Positions 1-13,477 of a stretch of 64,000 nucleotides of DNA are shown in pieces (positions within the stretch are counted from its first letter, which is position 1; each line of letters opens with the position of its first letter). Position numbers and translations under genes: made by a program. Source of the DNA: Antedon mediterranea (Eukaryota; Animalia; Echinodermata); the NCBI RefSeq assembly GCF_964355755.1, contig NC_092678.1:1752422-1816421 (forward strand), written 5' to 3'. The notes beneath the pieces were generated by a model. The model was not told where the DNA came from and searched no databases. It worked only from the letters and a program-made list of their open reading frames with translations.

Positions 1-1106
1 ATAATCTCGGAGATTTCTAGTATATTCCGACAGATTTTTTAGTAGTTGTATTTTGTAAACATTTTTTATTGATTACTAGGTCAACACAAATGTTTGTTAG
101 TATCAGGTCACAGCTGTCATTAGCCCTAACCACAAAAGCGCTCTGAATATTTTTTTGGTCTCAAAGCATAAAGAATTCATGTTTTTAAAAAAACTATTAA
201 TAATGAAGTATTAAATATTTGTTTTGGTTTTCAACTTGTACTCCTTCATTGTATGCTGTATTATATCTTATAAACCACGATGATTGTTTGCATATAGGTT
301 ACTATGGTAACATAATCTGTATCCCTTTGAGTAGAGAATAGGTTCACCTGCCGAATGACATATTAATAGCGATGCTTGGTAATCATTTACATTTTACTTA
401 TCATTTTCTCTTAAGTAGAATTCAAATACTCTCTTTAGACTTACTTAAGTAGAATGTTGTTCACTATTTAGCAAACATGCATGAGAATTTTTACAATATT
501 ACTTTTTTCATTAACAATTTATACAGGATTATTGAAATTGTTGGTCTTTTTCTTAAAAAAGTTTTTTATATGCACATGCAGAATTCATCAGTTGAACTTG
601 TAGAATATGAAGTACCCCCTCTATATTTTTTAATGATTAGACATTTACATCATTGACAGTAATTATTATAATGCCCTTACGTAAATTTATATATAGATAT
701 TAACATTTGTGATCTTGTTTTTGTTATAGCCTATCTAGGTTCTTGACAGTAATTCTGATTTTTTTGGCAGACATGGCGTGTCATATGTATACTTGAGCTT
801 GGTTACAAAAACATACCAAAATATCCGCTAGTGGCACTACGTACAGTAAAAGAAAATAACTTGTGGTCTAAAGCCATAGATTAATTATGGGATAGTTGTT
901 AATGTATTCGCATTGTAGTTTAAGTTGTGATTGGTAAATTATGCTTTAGAGTTGATTATGATTGGTTAAGTTTCTCAACATATTTCATTCATGTGACCAT
1001 GTAATGATGTTCAAATATTCAATGCTGATACAGTGTCATTTTATTGTTTGGGGAATGTATTGTACTTTTAATTCTTTTTAATTATATATTTTAATATTAT
1101 TTTCAG

Positions 1107-3405
1107 ATATTCTGCCTGATATTGGTAACTGGTTCACTGACAAACTTTCTTATATGTAACACAATTATTACTTATTAGTAATTTTAGTATTACTATATGT
1201 TTCCACACATTCTGTTTCTGTCTCCTTCTTGCTGCCTTTCTCCTTTATATGTATGGGTTTTGTTTCATGTTACAACCATATCACCATTTTGTGTTTTGTA
1301 ACTTCATTTCAGTTCCACCACCACAGGAACCCCCACCACCACCAGACTATGACCTCAATGGTGAAGATGAATTGAATGAGGATGGGGTACCATATCATCA
1401 TCAGTGTACGTTATCATATCAAATTTCCTTCAAATCATTGTTGTCAACTTTCTTTTAGAACCTTCCTAAAATGCATTTACTATTTTAACCAATAATTCAA
1501 ATATTGTTAAAAGTCACTGTCAAACTTGATTCTATGAACAGTTGGATAAAATATCTGACCAAACCAAACTCATCCCTTATCCCAAAGCTACTTAGTATTA
1601 CAGTAGTAAATAAGTAAGTAATAATAGATTAAAATTGTCATCTATGTTTCTGGACATCTGAACAAATAAAATGAATAGATTATTATTATTATTATTATTA
1701 TTATTATGATAATAATAAGTTATTATAAGTTGTATGCATCTGAGATTGTAATGTACTGTAATAAGATTGTCATTCCTTCAGTCATCCTTTCCACAGGGTT
1801 GGTCCCATAGCCTGTGACAACTCCCGCATCTATATTCAAGGCAGCAGATGCTATTTCTGTCACATGCTATTTGGGTAGAGATCAGTAAGATCTCTTCAGC
1901 CCGATTAGGGTAATATTTTACATTAAGTACAAAAATCAACTGCTTTAATTTCCAGAATATTCTTTATTAAAATGATTTTAGAAATACTGTATGTTTTATA
2001 ATTCTAACAATAAGACTAAATAAAATTGGTGTTTGTTTGTAATTCTAGTAAATAAATCTGGTAGAGACAGTTCTTCGGACGAAGGTCAACCAACATCTCC
2101 TGTTCAGCGTGCTTTTCTTCCAGCTGACGATAACCCTGTACTGATACCGCCTAAACCTCTACCAAATCCAGTCAAAGGATCCAGAATGCATAAGGATCTT
2201 CACTTTGAATTAAAACATAGGTAGGTGTTTGAGATTAACCACCATTGATTTGTGACGACTGATGACCTAGCTAGGTCATCAGGTCAGTTGATGTGTCTTT
2301 GGTTGCAAGCCTGGACCCAGAAACCATCAAAACTGTGCGGCAAATCAAATCGAATGTCAATGTTTTGTTTTCACGACACACCACACTGCTATGCATCACT
2401 CAATCTATGCATTAAGGTGGAGAGCAAGGAAGCACGTTGTAATATCCCTGCGTGCCTACCATGAATTAGCATGACATACCTTGATTGCTGATTGTCTGTC
2501 GTCACTAATGAACACAATGTTGATTCTCAACTTGACTTTATTTTCTTTTTTGGAATCATAAGCTTTAATGTTACACTATGTTTTTTTTTCTTTTATTAGT
2601 GGTAGAGATGTACTAAAACCAGAGTTAACCAGGATTATGACGCAACGAAAACATCAAAAGTCTAAAGCTGAATTGGAAGAGGAAAAGAAAAACAAGAGAA
2701 CAAGTCTAGAAATAAAATTACAAGAACGACAAGATAGGATAAAACAGGTATACATACAGTACCATTGATTTTGGCATGACTGGCGTTCCATGTCAATCAA
2801 CACAATTATCTGTTTTGATAGACTTGTCTGTGCGATATTACTTGTTTTAAAAAAACTTGGTACAATATTAAATTAAATGTCTCCCAGTGTGCTGATCATG
2901 TAGAATAGTTGTACTGAATAGGAGGCAACCCAGGTGCATGTTATGTTCTATTAAATGTCTCCCAGTGTGCTGATCATGTAGAATAGTTGTACTGAATAGG
3001 AGGCAACCCAGGTGCATGTTATGTTCTATGACTTAAGCTCTGTCTACACTATCAAACTAGTTTGACAAAAAAAGTGTGATAACAAATATGGTAGTGATAT
3101 GACGTCATCATGTCCAATTTTTGTCACATAACATGCACCTGGGTTGCCTCCTATTCAGTACAACTATTCTACATGATCAGCACACTGGGAGACATTTAAT
3201 AGAACATAACATGCACCTGTTTTCCAAAGAATAAAGCCAGGAAGATTTATTATAGAAGAAATAAATCAAATACAATTTTTGTTGTCTTTTATAGGAAGAT
3301 GAAAAAAAGAAAGTATCTGGAGAATCCATACCTGAAGAACCAGGTCAGGCAGAGTTGTACCGAATAAGGAAGTCTTTAAGGTCAAATGAAGCCACGAAAA
3401 CATAA
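1107..3405 (+). CDS. FAM107B: FAM107-family protein, 3' part (5' end not seen in window)
   Basis: Phase-compatible GT-AG exons 1313-1405, 2049-2220, 2600-2747, 3295-3405 (TAA), plus a candidate 18-nt micro-exon 1107-1124. Translation LIPPKPLPNPVKGSRMHKDLHFELK..KPELTRIMTQRK..LEIKLQERQDRIKQ matches the FAM107 signature (LIKPKKLxNPVKxSRxHQDLHREL..KPEL). A versus B orthology cannot be resolved. Confidence 0.85.
2873..3219. repeat. 78-bp tandem duplication followed by a MITE fragment and a 93-bp inverted copy
   Basis: 2873-2950 equals 2951-3028; 3127-3219 is the reverse complement of 2931-3023. Confidence 0.9.
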
Positions 3406-3433
3406 CACTAATCTATCTTCTGTTTGATAAAGT

Positions 3434-3570
3434 TAGGGCCTGTTCAGACCTACAGAGTTATGCTTTTCTATGAGATGCAGTGTACAACATTATCAGATCC
3501 AGGAAAATATTATTGGAAGCCACCTCTTACAAGACTGAGCATAACTCCATAGATCTGAACATATCCTTAG
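3434..3570. mobile_element. MITE-like inverted-repeat element in the FAM107 3' UTR
   Basis: gttcagacctacagagttatgct (about 3442) and agcataactccatagatctgaac (about 3538-3560) are imperfect inverted repeats. Confidence 0.6.
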
Positions 3571-5308
3571 TTAATTGATTTTCTAGGAGGAAATTGTTTT
3601 TTACACTAAAACCTGTGCACACTAAGTAAACTGAAAATTGGCTCCAATTTTGCAATCCACTTTACCCTTGGTTGATTAAATTATTCTTGTGAGATTATGA
3701 GATTTGCATCTAGTCTGTAAAGAGTAACAGAATTGCCATTTTGACAGCTAAAATTGTGATTTGGCATAAACTGTTTTGTGGTTTAAATTTTCAAACATTT
3801 TGGCAATGTAGAGAATAATTACAAGTTTAGCATCAATGGCCAATTTTGAGTTCATGACCAAATAGCTTGTTTGGATGTAGAGGGCACATGGATTTGCAAA
3901 ACTGAGAACTGATAAGCAATGTGTAAGCAATCTCATTGGTTATTCAAAGATTTATTTAGTAAGAATACTTATTAAACAAAAAAATTAATGCATTTTGACC
4001 TAAATGTGGAGAGTTTTTTTTAAACTCTCTATTGGTACATAGTGTTACCACAATCAATCTGATTCGTTTGAGGTAGTAAAGTTGATTCAAATGACAAGAC
4101 TAGAAGCAGTAAAAAGGACAGCACTTTTGGCAGATAAGAGTCTTGCCACTCAGAATATTAACTAAGTATGCACAAGCCTTTTAGTCTACTTCCACATTGT
4201 CTCTTTCTACATTTTGTAAATTTAATAATTTTATTAATACAGTTATGTTGCAGAATAGGCTAGGTGTGAAAGGATATGCAAGTGGCCCTGCTATGCTTAA
4301 ATTTGAGGGTGAACCAATTTTCTAAATTCTCTACATAGTTCTCAGTGAACAACACTATTCCAGTATCCTTATTTGTTGTTGTTTATTTGAGAAGATGCTT
4401 TTCTTAACTAAATTATTTAATACTAATCATTTTGACCAATCTGTAACAAACTACAGTAATAGTTTAAACTAAAATGTTATGTTATAAATTTAATTAATAT
4501 TTTAATCATTACATTGCTAGCTTTTTATATAATTATTGCATATATCTTTAGTTTAATTTATCTTATTTAAAGTTAATTGGTTTTTCTATTAAAATATGTA
4601 TATATAATTATAATTTAAGAATATCTCCAGTTAGAAACTTTCAATATTTTGTTCATTATAAGATATTACACATTAATTGTATAATTAAGTTTGAAATGCA
4701 TTCGAAATCCCCTATTCCATACAAAAATTAATTATTTACTATTCCATAAAAAAAAGACATTCCATCAATCTCGTTCAATGATACCAATACTGTAGGTGAC
4801 CAATTTTTGAAAATTTCCAAAACACCAGAATGTGTTACTCCATGTGTTGTCATATGTTTATATTATAAATCTCCACAGATGACATTGTTTGTTTCAAGTA
4901 TATTTTTTAAATTGCCTAAATAAATTTTTTAAATTAATTTTGAAGATTACTATTTCAGGATTTAACTGAAGATAAATGGAGTAAAAATCACATTCCAAGT
5001 TAGGCCTAGAAGTGAAATGAACAGCCTTTATTGTTCGTACTAAGATGCATGCAACCAGTCCTCAAGTCCTACCCCACAAGAACACTACAAACAGGCCAGT
5101 ATATTACGCTGTTAGGGGTGGGGATAGCTTCATACTGTATATTGTTTAACCAGGTGGTATCCAAATCTATAACTTTCCCTCCATAAAAGCTATTTTACAT
5201 ACCTGAAAATTTGCTCACTTGAGGACATCTTCAATGTGCTCACTTGAGGGCATCTTCAATGTTGTTAGAGGTTCTCATAAAGAACCCATTCCACTCAATT
5301 ACATTCTG

Positions 5309-5459
5309 AAGCTCTGTCTGCACTATCAAACGTTATGTGACAACAAAATTTGTACCCATATATGTACATGATATCACTACCATATTTGGGTATATCACTA
5401 CCATATTTGGGCACATCACATTTTTTTGTAAAACTAGTTTGATAATGTAGGCAGAGCTT
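5309..5459. mobile_element. MITE family A (TIR AAGCTCTGTCTACACTATCAAAC)
   Basis: About 150 bp with terminal inverted repeats. Other copies at about 3035-3130, 50391-50526, 54105-54271, 54973-55112 and 57670-57786 share the CATATTTGG/GTAGTGATAT core. Confidence 0.85.
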
Positions 5460-5711
5460 AATAATTATTTCTGCAAAAAGTCTTCCATAAGCCGTTGTCT
5501 TTGCCTTCTGTAACCATTACTGGTGTCAAAAGAAAAATCCAAACATAACTTCCAAATAATACAATTGGCTTTAAATAATGAAAAAAGCTTTCATTTGCAT
5601 TTCTAACATAGGTAATTGAAGTTAAGTCAATATATAAATATGTTTGTTAATGATTTTTTATTCCAGAATTTAAAAATGAAAGTATTTCTTTCTCAAATTT
5701 GTTTTGTGTTG

Positions 5712-5990
5712 ACAGGTGTCCATAAAATGTTTATATCACACAGGTATAATACATGTGTCCGGTAAACATGTGTGTCCGGTAAACATGTGTGTCCGGTAAA
5801 CTCTGGTGTCTGGTAAACACAGGTGTCCGTAAAACACAGGTGTTGTATAATACATGTGTCCGATAAACCCAGGTGTCCGGTAAACACAGGTGTCCAGTAA
5901 ACCCAGGTGTCCGATAAACACCGGTGTTTATATCACACGGGTATCATACATGTGTCCGGTAAACACAGGTGTCCGTAAAACACAGGTGTT
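5712..5990. repeat. Degenerate minisatellite (about 17-19 bp, CAGGTGTCCGGTAAACA-like)
   Basis: Repeated gtgtccggtaaacac units. Confidence 0.85.
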
Positions 5991-6842
5991 ACATTCATTT
6001 TGTTACACTTCAAATTTATTAATAATTGTAAAACTGCAAACAGAATTTTTTATAGAAATTAAATAAAACTTATAATAGTGCCTTTATAGGTAAGCGTCTA
6101 TCATTCTTAGGATTTCTCTGCATCTTATATGTTAACATTCAATCAAGTAAATATAATTTGTTAACATAAGCTGTAGCTTTAGTAGAAATTATTCAAATTA
6201 TAATAAGATGCAAATTAAATGCATGCTTGAATCGATCCATTCGAGTTGCTTAATGCTGGTTGCTGTGTTTCAGTTTCTACTATAAAAAAATTAATTTGGA
6301 AAAGTATTATTTTGGCAAGACATATTATTAGGTAATTCTTTTTCTCATTAAATAATTTTAACAATTATTTTGATTTGAACAACAGCAAAAAAAACGATCT
6401 TTCTGCAAATTACCGATCAAAGGTTATGTTCTGAAATTTTACAATTTTTCAATTCCAACTTTATGAGATTCAAAATTCGTCTTCTGCAAAACAGTAACTC
6501 TGATTGCTTTTGTGAAACAATGGAGGGTTACAGTCATCTGGATGTGCTCACATACAACAGCTTTTCCACATTTTTGCAAAAACGCAAGATTCTTAACTCT
6601 GGTTATTGATGTTTTTGTGAATTCATTTTCTCAAACACAATTAAACAAATTTATTATAGTTATAAGTTATAAATGTATTATTTTATGTTGGACTATAAAT
6701 TAGTAGGTAATATAAGTTTTTGGGAAAGGGTGTAAATTACAATCAAAATGTAAGTAGGTATGCTTGGTATGACAACGGAAATGTTAATCAGTAATCGGTT
6801 AATAGTAATTTTTACTAAATTTAACCTGATTTGTTTATATAA

Positions 6843-6923
6843 AGTAGAACCTATTAAGGGGACACTTTTGGGACCCAACAGTGTCCTCTGAATATGAGTG
6901 TCCCAATTGAATGTTCTACTGTA
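6843..6923. mobile_element. MITE family B (CAGTAGAACCTCTATTAAGGGGACAC...), Tc1/pogo-like termini
   Basis: AGTAGAAC...GTTCTACTG inverted ends. Related copies at about 23423-23500, 29968-30020, 48011-48358 and 49799-49878. Confidence 0.6.
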
Positions 6924-7359
6924 CTTTACAGAATTATACTAAGAATAAGTTTATTAAAAATATATTGTCATAATTTTCTCAGGAGCAGGATAGAAATATA
7001 TATAAACATGATTTACGGGATGTATTATAACAGATCATATAATCCTCAAAATAATTATTTTTTGTATTTTTATTGTTATCGCTGTGGTCATCCAATGGAC
7101 AATCGGACAAATAGCCACAGTAAATTTTATTTTTAATTGGTTAATGAAAAAACAGCATTATATGTTTTTAAAATGTTTTTATTGTATGATAAAATATTTC
7201 ATTATGATTAGTTAGCTTGTAAATGGATAGAAAATGCTACTGGATTACGTAATCATTATTTTATATTGAAAAAAATAAAATTTCATTTAAACTAGCCATT
7301 ACATGTATTGGTTATTTTGTATAAATATTATAAATAAATAATAAAAATTGTACATAACA

Positions 7360-7730
7360 CTATACATCAAGTTTGTACATAGAATATATCAAGTTTTACT
7401 ATTTATCAAGTTTGAGCATAACTATTTATGGAGTTTGAGCATAACTATTTATCGAGTTTGAGCATAACTATTTATCGAGTTTGAGCACAACTATTTATCG
7501 AGTTTGAGCACAACTATTTATCGAGTTTGAGCATAACTATTTATCGAGTTTGAACACAAATACTGTATACATCAAGTTTAAGCACAATTTTACATCGAGT
7601 TTGAGCACAACTATACTTTGAGTGTGAACATACCATACATCGAGTTTGAGCACAACTATACTTTGAGTGTAAACATACCATACATCGAGTTTCAACATAC
7701 TATACATTAAGTTTGAGCACAACTATACAT
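7360..7730. repeat. 23-bp minisatellite (ATCGAGTTTGAGCATAACTATTT)
   Basis: Tandem units visible directly, with degenerate edges. Confidence 0.9.
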
Positions 7731-8860
7731 TGTTTTTATTTGATCATTTTGAATATAAAGACTAGCAGCTACTTTGATTGCATGTTGTCAAACACAAAGT
7801 CCTTTTTATATGTCACCAAATGTTCTATTACTGTACTTCATCAAATGAGAGCGCACCCCTCCCCCTCCCCCCCCCCCCCAAAAAAAAACCCAAAAACAAA
7901 AACCAAGACTCGACGGTCGCAAAAGCTTACGAAGATTAACAATGAGATCCTTCATATGTACACTCGAAAGATGTGACCATTGTAATATTTATGTCCGATT
8001 TGGCGTACCATAATTTTTTTGAAAACGCCCTCTGTTGATACAGATACCTTTTTAATGGGTATGGGGATTTCCAGAAGTTATTTTTACTAAGACTTGGTTT
8101 TTCCAGAGGAATAGGAATAGAAATTAATGCTTCTAATCTTACCAAAGATTGTGGTTAGTTGCTGTGGGTAGAGTGGGCAGTAGAGGAAAGAAGGTATGCC
8201 TACTTTTAATATGTATTATAAGTGAGTTTAGAGCTAGGCCATGAATTAAGTGATAAGTACACGTCATTCACAGAACTGCCAAGCTCAGTGTGTAGAAGAA
8301 GGCCTCTAAGTCTAATGCAGTAGCTATACTAATCATAATGACCTAGCCTTGCTAGTAGTAACCCGTAATTTTTCTGTAACTCTCTAGGTCATAGAATATA
8401 ATGTATAGGTTGTTGTTATAGTCTACTTATCAACATAATAATAATAGACTAGCTAGGCCTATGTGCCACCCACCCCAGTGTAGTAGCTGTTCGACTGTTG
8501 TAGTAATAATAATACGGTTCTATATATTGGAACTTTCTTTAATATAACAACGGTCGTTTTCTGTAGGTAGGCATGTATCATTGAAAAAGAATATTGTAGG
8601 ACAAGGAATTAAAATACCCTTTATAATATTTTTCAATCATAAAAAATGCATCCTCTATCATATTCATAGTTTTCAAAACACTCTTAAAAACCCATCTATT
8701 TTCTTTGTAATTTCTTTCTGTTTTTTCTCTCAGCGCTTTGAGATAATCTTTTGATTGTGTAAAGAAAGCGCTTTATAAATCGAACAACATTACATTACAT
8801 TCATTATTTATTCATTGAATATTTTTACAGTTCTCTCAAGTACGTTGTCATCATTAGAGG

Positions 8861-9766
8861 ATGTCTCGCTCCAAATTCCAAGCAGGTGACCTGGTTAAGG
8901 TGCGGCGCTGGGATCCAATTCCCTACAGTCATTGGGGTAAATTTTGAATATTTTTGTATATAGTTGAATAATACCTCCAACCTTGATATTAACAGGACTG
9001 AGAAAAGTACTGCCATTTATAAAGGTCAATTTACACAGACGAATGGTAAAGGTCATAAGGAATATAACACAGATTACATCATGGAAAGCACCTGGCATAT
9101 ATTGGTTATATGTCAAGGTCATATTGTTTATGCTTGCGTTTTTTTTTGTTATAACGCCCTCTATATGGTGATGTATTTAATTTATAATGCCCTCTATTGT
9201 CTGGCTATGCTTTCATAAATTCTCATGTTTCATTTTTCCATGTTTGTACCTCTAATATTTATTCCTTACTACACTTAAATGTGTAGATTCACAAAATTGC
9301 TTTTTTATTCAAAATATCTAGTGAGCTTATGCATAAAGTATTTTATTCACTTTGGTTTTTAGGAGTGTACATTGGTAATGGTGAGGTTATGCACTTATCT
9401 GGAGCAGAGTTTAATATCAAAGCAAAGGAGACAGCAAAGGTACATCGTGTGACATTTAAGGAGTTTGTGGGTGATGATGATAACGCAGAAGTGGAATGTA
9501 TACCATGCCCTTCTGACGTCAGCCGGGAAGAAGTTGTAAGACTTGCGAAGAGTGCAGAGGGCGGTTTCTTTAGAAATAGACCGTACGATCTGTTTACTAA
9601 CAACTGCGAGCATTTTGCTCGTTGGTGCCACGGTGAGGCAAGAAGCAAGCAGGTAGATAATGCTGTATGGTGGGGTACCGTTGGTGCTGCTGCTGTCGGT
9701 GGAGCCCTATTACTTGGATCTTTACTCTCATCTGATAAAGAAGACAAAAGAAAGAACAAATACTAG
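8861..9766 (+). CDS. PLAAT/HRASLS-family (LRAT domain) phospholipase A/acyltransferase, paralog 1, 159 aa
   Basis: Exon 8861-8936 (MSRSKFQAGDLVKVRRWDPIPYSHW) joins in phase 1 to exon 9363-9766 (GVYIGNGEVMHL..YDLFTNNCEHFARWC..hydrophobic tail AVWWGTVGAAAVGGALLLGSLL). His-His-Cys triad intact. Confidence 0.92.
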
Positions 9767-10054
9767 TCTATAGTGAACATTTCTATCATGCTCAATAAAA
9801 CACAATTTTTTCCAATGAAATATACTGTATATTTAAATGTTTTCATTTTTTTAGTTTAAAGAAATGCTGTATAATTTGGAATACATGATATGCTTTATAT
9901 TTTTATATTTTTGTGCAATTTCTTATGTGAAACGTAACCTTTAGTCTTGTATATCAAAATAAATAAATCCGGTTATTTTTGTCATATTTATATTTCTCAA
10001 TGTTTCTTTATACTGTACTTTATTGTTTTCCACATTTGACCTTGATTCTCACAT

Positions 10055-10449
10055 TTGGTAATGGTGAGGTTATGCACTTATCTGGAGCAGAGTTTAATAT
10101 CAAAGCAAAGGAGACAGCAAAGGTACATCGTGTGACATTTAAGGAGTTTGTGGGTGATGATGATAACGCAGAAGTGGAATGTATACCATGCCCTTCTGAC
10201 GTCAGCCGGGAAGAAGTTGTAAGACTTGCGAAGAGTGCAGAGGGCGGTTTCTTTAGAAATAGACCGTACGATCTGTTTACTAACAACTGCGAGCATTTTG
10301 CTCGTTGGTGCCACGGTGAGGCAAGAAGCAAGCAGGTAGATAATGCTGTATGGTGGGGTACCGTTGGTGCTGCTGCTGTCGGTGGAGCCCTATTACTTGG
10401 ATCTTTACTCTCATCTGATAAAGAAGACAAAAGAAAGAACAAATACTAG
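10055..10449 (+). pseudogene. Duplicated PLAAT exon 2, copy 2 (lacks splice acceptor and first catalytic His)
   Basis: Starts at GNGEVMHL. The AG acceptor and GVYI codons are not in the duplicated unit. Confidence 0.7.
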
Positions 10450-10737
10450 TCTATAGTGAACATTTCTATCATGCTCAATAAAACACAATTTTTTCCAATG
10501 AAATATACTGTATATTTAAATGTTTTCATTTTTTTAGTTTAAAGAAATGCTGTATAATTTGGAATACATGATATGCTTTATATTTTTATATTTTTGTGCA
10601 ATTTCTTATGTGAAACGTAACCTTTAGTCTTGTATATCAAAATAAATAAATCCGGTTATTTTTGTCATATTTATATTTCTCAATGTTTCTTTATACTGTA
10701 CTTTATTGTTTTCCACATTTGACCTTGATTCTCACAT

Positions 10738-11132
10738 TTGGTAATGGTGAGGTTATGCACTTATCTGGAGCAGAGTTTAATATCAAAGCAAAGGAGACAG
10801 CAAAGGTACATCGTGTGACATTTAAGGAGTTTGTGGGTGATGATGATAACGCAGAAGTTGAATGTATACCATGCCCTTCTGACGTCAGCCGGGAAGAAGT
10901 TGTAAGACTTGCGAAGAGTGCAGAGGGCGGTTTCTTTAGAAATAGACCGTACGATCTGTTTACTAACAACTGCGAGCATTTTGCTCGTTGGTGCCACGGT
11001 GAGGCAAGAAGCAAGCAGGTAGATAATGCTGTATGGTGGGGTACCGTTGGTGCTGCTGCTGTCGGTGGAGCCCTATTACTTGGATCTTTACTCTCATCTG
11101 ATAAAGAAGACAAAAGAAAGAACAAATACTAG
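10738..11132 (+). pseudogene. Duplicated PLAAT exon 2, copy 3 (lacks splice acceptor and first catalytic His)
   Basis: Same structure as copy 2. Confidence 0.7.
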
Positions 11133-11396
11133 TCTATAGTGAACATTTCTATCATGCTCAATAAAACACAATTTTTTCCAATGAAATATACTGTATATTT
11201 AAATGTTTTCATTTTTTTAGTTTAAAGAAATGCTGTATAATTTGGAATACATGATATGCTTTATATTTTTATATTTTTGTGCAATTTCTTATGTGAAACG
11301 TAACCTTTAGTCTTGTATATCAAAATAAATAAATCCGGTTATTTTTGTCATATTTATATTTCTCAATGTTTCTTTATACTGTACTTTATTGTTTTC

Positions 11397-11485
11397 CACA
11401 TTTGACCTTGATTCTCACATTTGACCCTGTTTCTCACATTTGACCCTGTTTCTCACATTTGACCTTGTTTCACACATTTGACCCT
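11397..11485. repeat. 19-bp minisatellite (CACATTTGACCCTGTTTCT)
   Basis: About 4.5 units; contains the distal breakpoint of the 683-bp triplication. Confidence 0.85.
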
Positions 11486-12828
11486 TTTCTACTGCACTAT
11501 ATAAAAAAATATTTTTTTAAATAAAAAAATATTGTTTTAGAAAGTATTTCAAATTAGCAGGTACTACTAAAAAATAGATACCAAGCCAATGGTGCCAGGG
11601 GAGGAGGGAGTGGTAGGGTGGGGAGGGGTGTGGTGGGTACAGTATCACTAGGAGGAGGAGTAAAAATAATATATTATATTCCATCTGTGATGGATCCGTA
11701 TTAAAGAATGTTAACAAATTATTTTGTCGATCTGTTTTTTTTAAAACAAAGTTATAATGTGTCTGCCACTTCAGATTTTACATTGTAATGTTGAATAATA
11801 TAAAACCATAGGCCTACACTTTTTTAAAACGTTTTTCTCTCATTTTTCACTGTGTTGATATCTATTTTGCTCTTTTTGAAAGCGCATTCAGTGGAACCGG
11901 ACATTAAACGTAAAACAATGATAAACTAAACTAAATGCTGAAGTGAACAGTCGTAAAACACTGTTTCGAGAACTGGTGACCAGAAGATGACGTCACTGGC
12001 GCTGCAGGTCAACATTTTAAAGTTTGTTGGCGTTTCCAGACGCTTTTACCGTAGGCCTACACGAGGATGTAAAATATACAACCTCTCTTAAATAATATTT
12101 CCAAACTTTAAACCTTATACAGTATGTTTATTTACAACTCGAGGGAATAACAAGCATTGAATTATGTCGTTTTTTTCTGAAAGTTGACCAAAACAACAAA
12201 CAAACCTGTCTGCATATTTTTACCCCGTTTACACTATCACCGCAACAGCGGTATGTCGTGTGTAAATGCCATTGCTTATTTTATGTTATTCATTAATCTA
12301 TGAGATTACGTAATCAATGTTGTATCTGTTAGCAATATCAGTTTATGTAAATAGACCGGCGTACTTGGTTTTTCCAAAAAAATGTTTATATAGGCCTAGA
12401 TGTTGTATATATCAAACAGTTCAGTACAGTAAGGTATAGTGAATCAAGGTAGACAGGTGTTGTAAATTAGTAAGTACATTGTTTTTCATTAACTCCCTGT
12501 ATTTAGCCCAGAGATGTTAGGCATATCAAAAGTTCCAATAGGACTAAGGCATATAAATACACGTGACACCCTAACAAGGTGACGTGGGTCCAGTCATCAA
12601 TGTAAAACTCTCAGTATGGTGCACTTTTAATTTAGGCTTGTGGACCTATAATACCGAAAGATTAACTAATACAACATAATTCACAAGCATATTGTAATAT
12701 AAAATGTGTGACGTGTTTTCCCTCCAAAGATCTGCGACCATGGCTTTGCAGTTCTAGAGTAATGCACGCCGATAGCCTAATAAGTGATATTTTCTTCTTT
12801 TTTCAGTAGGGCCTACTACTATTGTGAT

Positions 12829-13477
12829 ATGTATCCTTACAATCTTCAAGCAGGCGACATTGTTACGGTAAAACGTACAAGTCCGTTTAGGCCTACTTAC
12901 TACCACTACGGTAAATGCAATTAAATGCCATACATATAACATTAATATCTATTGTATAATGTCTAGTGAAAAGGCGGGCATTTGTATTCTTAAACATGTG
13001 GTTGATTGAATACAACCAGGGCTGAATTGACAAAATTGTTTTGTACTTATTTGAATTCCAGGAGTGTACATTGGTAACGGTGAGGTTATACACTTATCTG
13101 GAGCAGAGTTTAATATCAAGGCAAAGGAGACAGCAAAGGTACATCGTGTGACATTTAAGGAGTTTGTTGGTGATGATGATGATAACCCAGAAGTAGAATG
13201 TATACCATGTCCTTTTTTCGTCAACCGGCAAGAAGTTGTAAGACTTGCGAAAAGTGCAGAAGGAGATTTCTTTAGAAATCGCAAATACGATCTGTTCTTC
13301 AACAACTGCGAGCATTTCGCTCGTTGGTGCCACGGTGATTCTGAAAGTAAGCAGGTACAAAAAGTTGTAAAAGGGGCTATCGTTGGCGGTGCTGTTGCAC
13401 TTGGTGTAGGCCTACTCATTCGAGAAGTAGTAAAAGAAATTAAAGAAGAGAAGAAACAAAGGCACTATCACTATTAA
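12829..13477 (+). CDS. PLAAT/HRASLS-family protein, paralog 2, 165 aa
   Basis: Exon 12829-12910 (MYPYNLQAGDIVTVKRTSPFRPTYYHY) plus exon 13062-13477 (GVYIGNGEVIHL..NNCEHFARWC..GAIVGGAVALGVGLLI). Triad intact. Confidence 0.92.

Larger units (their letters stand above)
9372..11423 (+). repeat. 683-bp tandem triplication of PLAAT paralog 1 last exon plus 3' UTR
   Basis: Units 9372-10054, 10055-10737, 10738-11420 are near-identical (one synonymous change seen at 10859). TTG microhomology at the junctions. Confidence 0.95.

Noticed and set aside
11597-11640. Potential G-quadruplex
   Set aside because: Isolated G-rich patch with no functional context.
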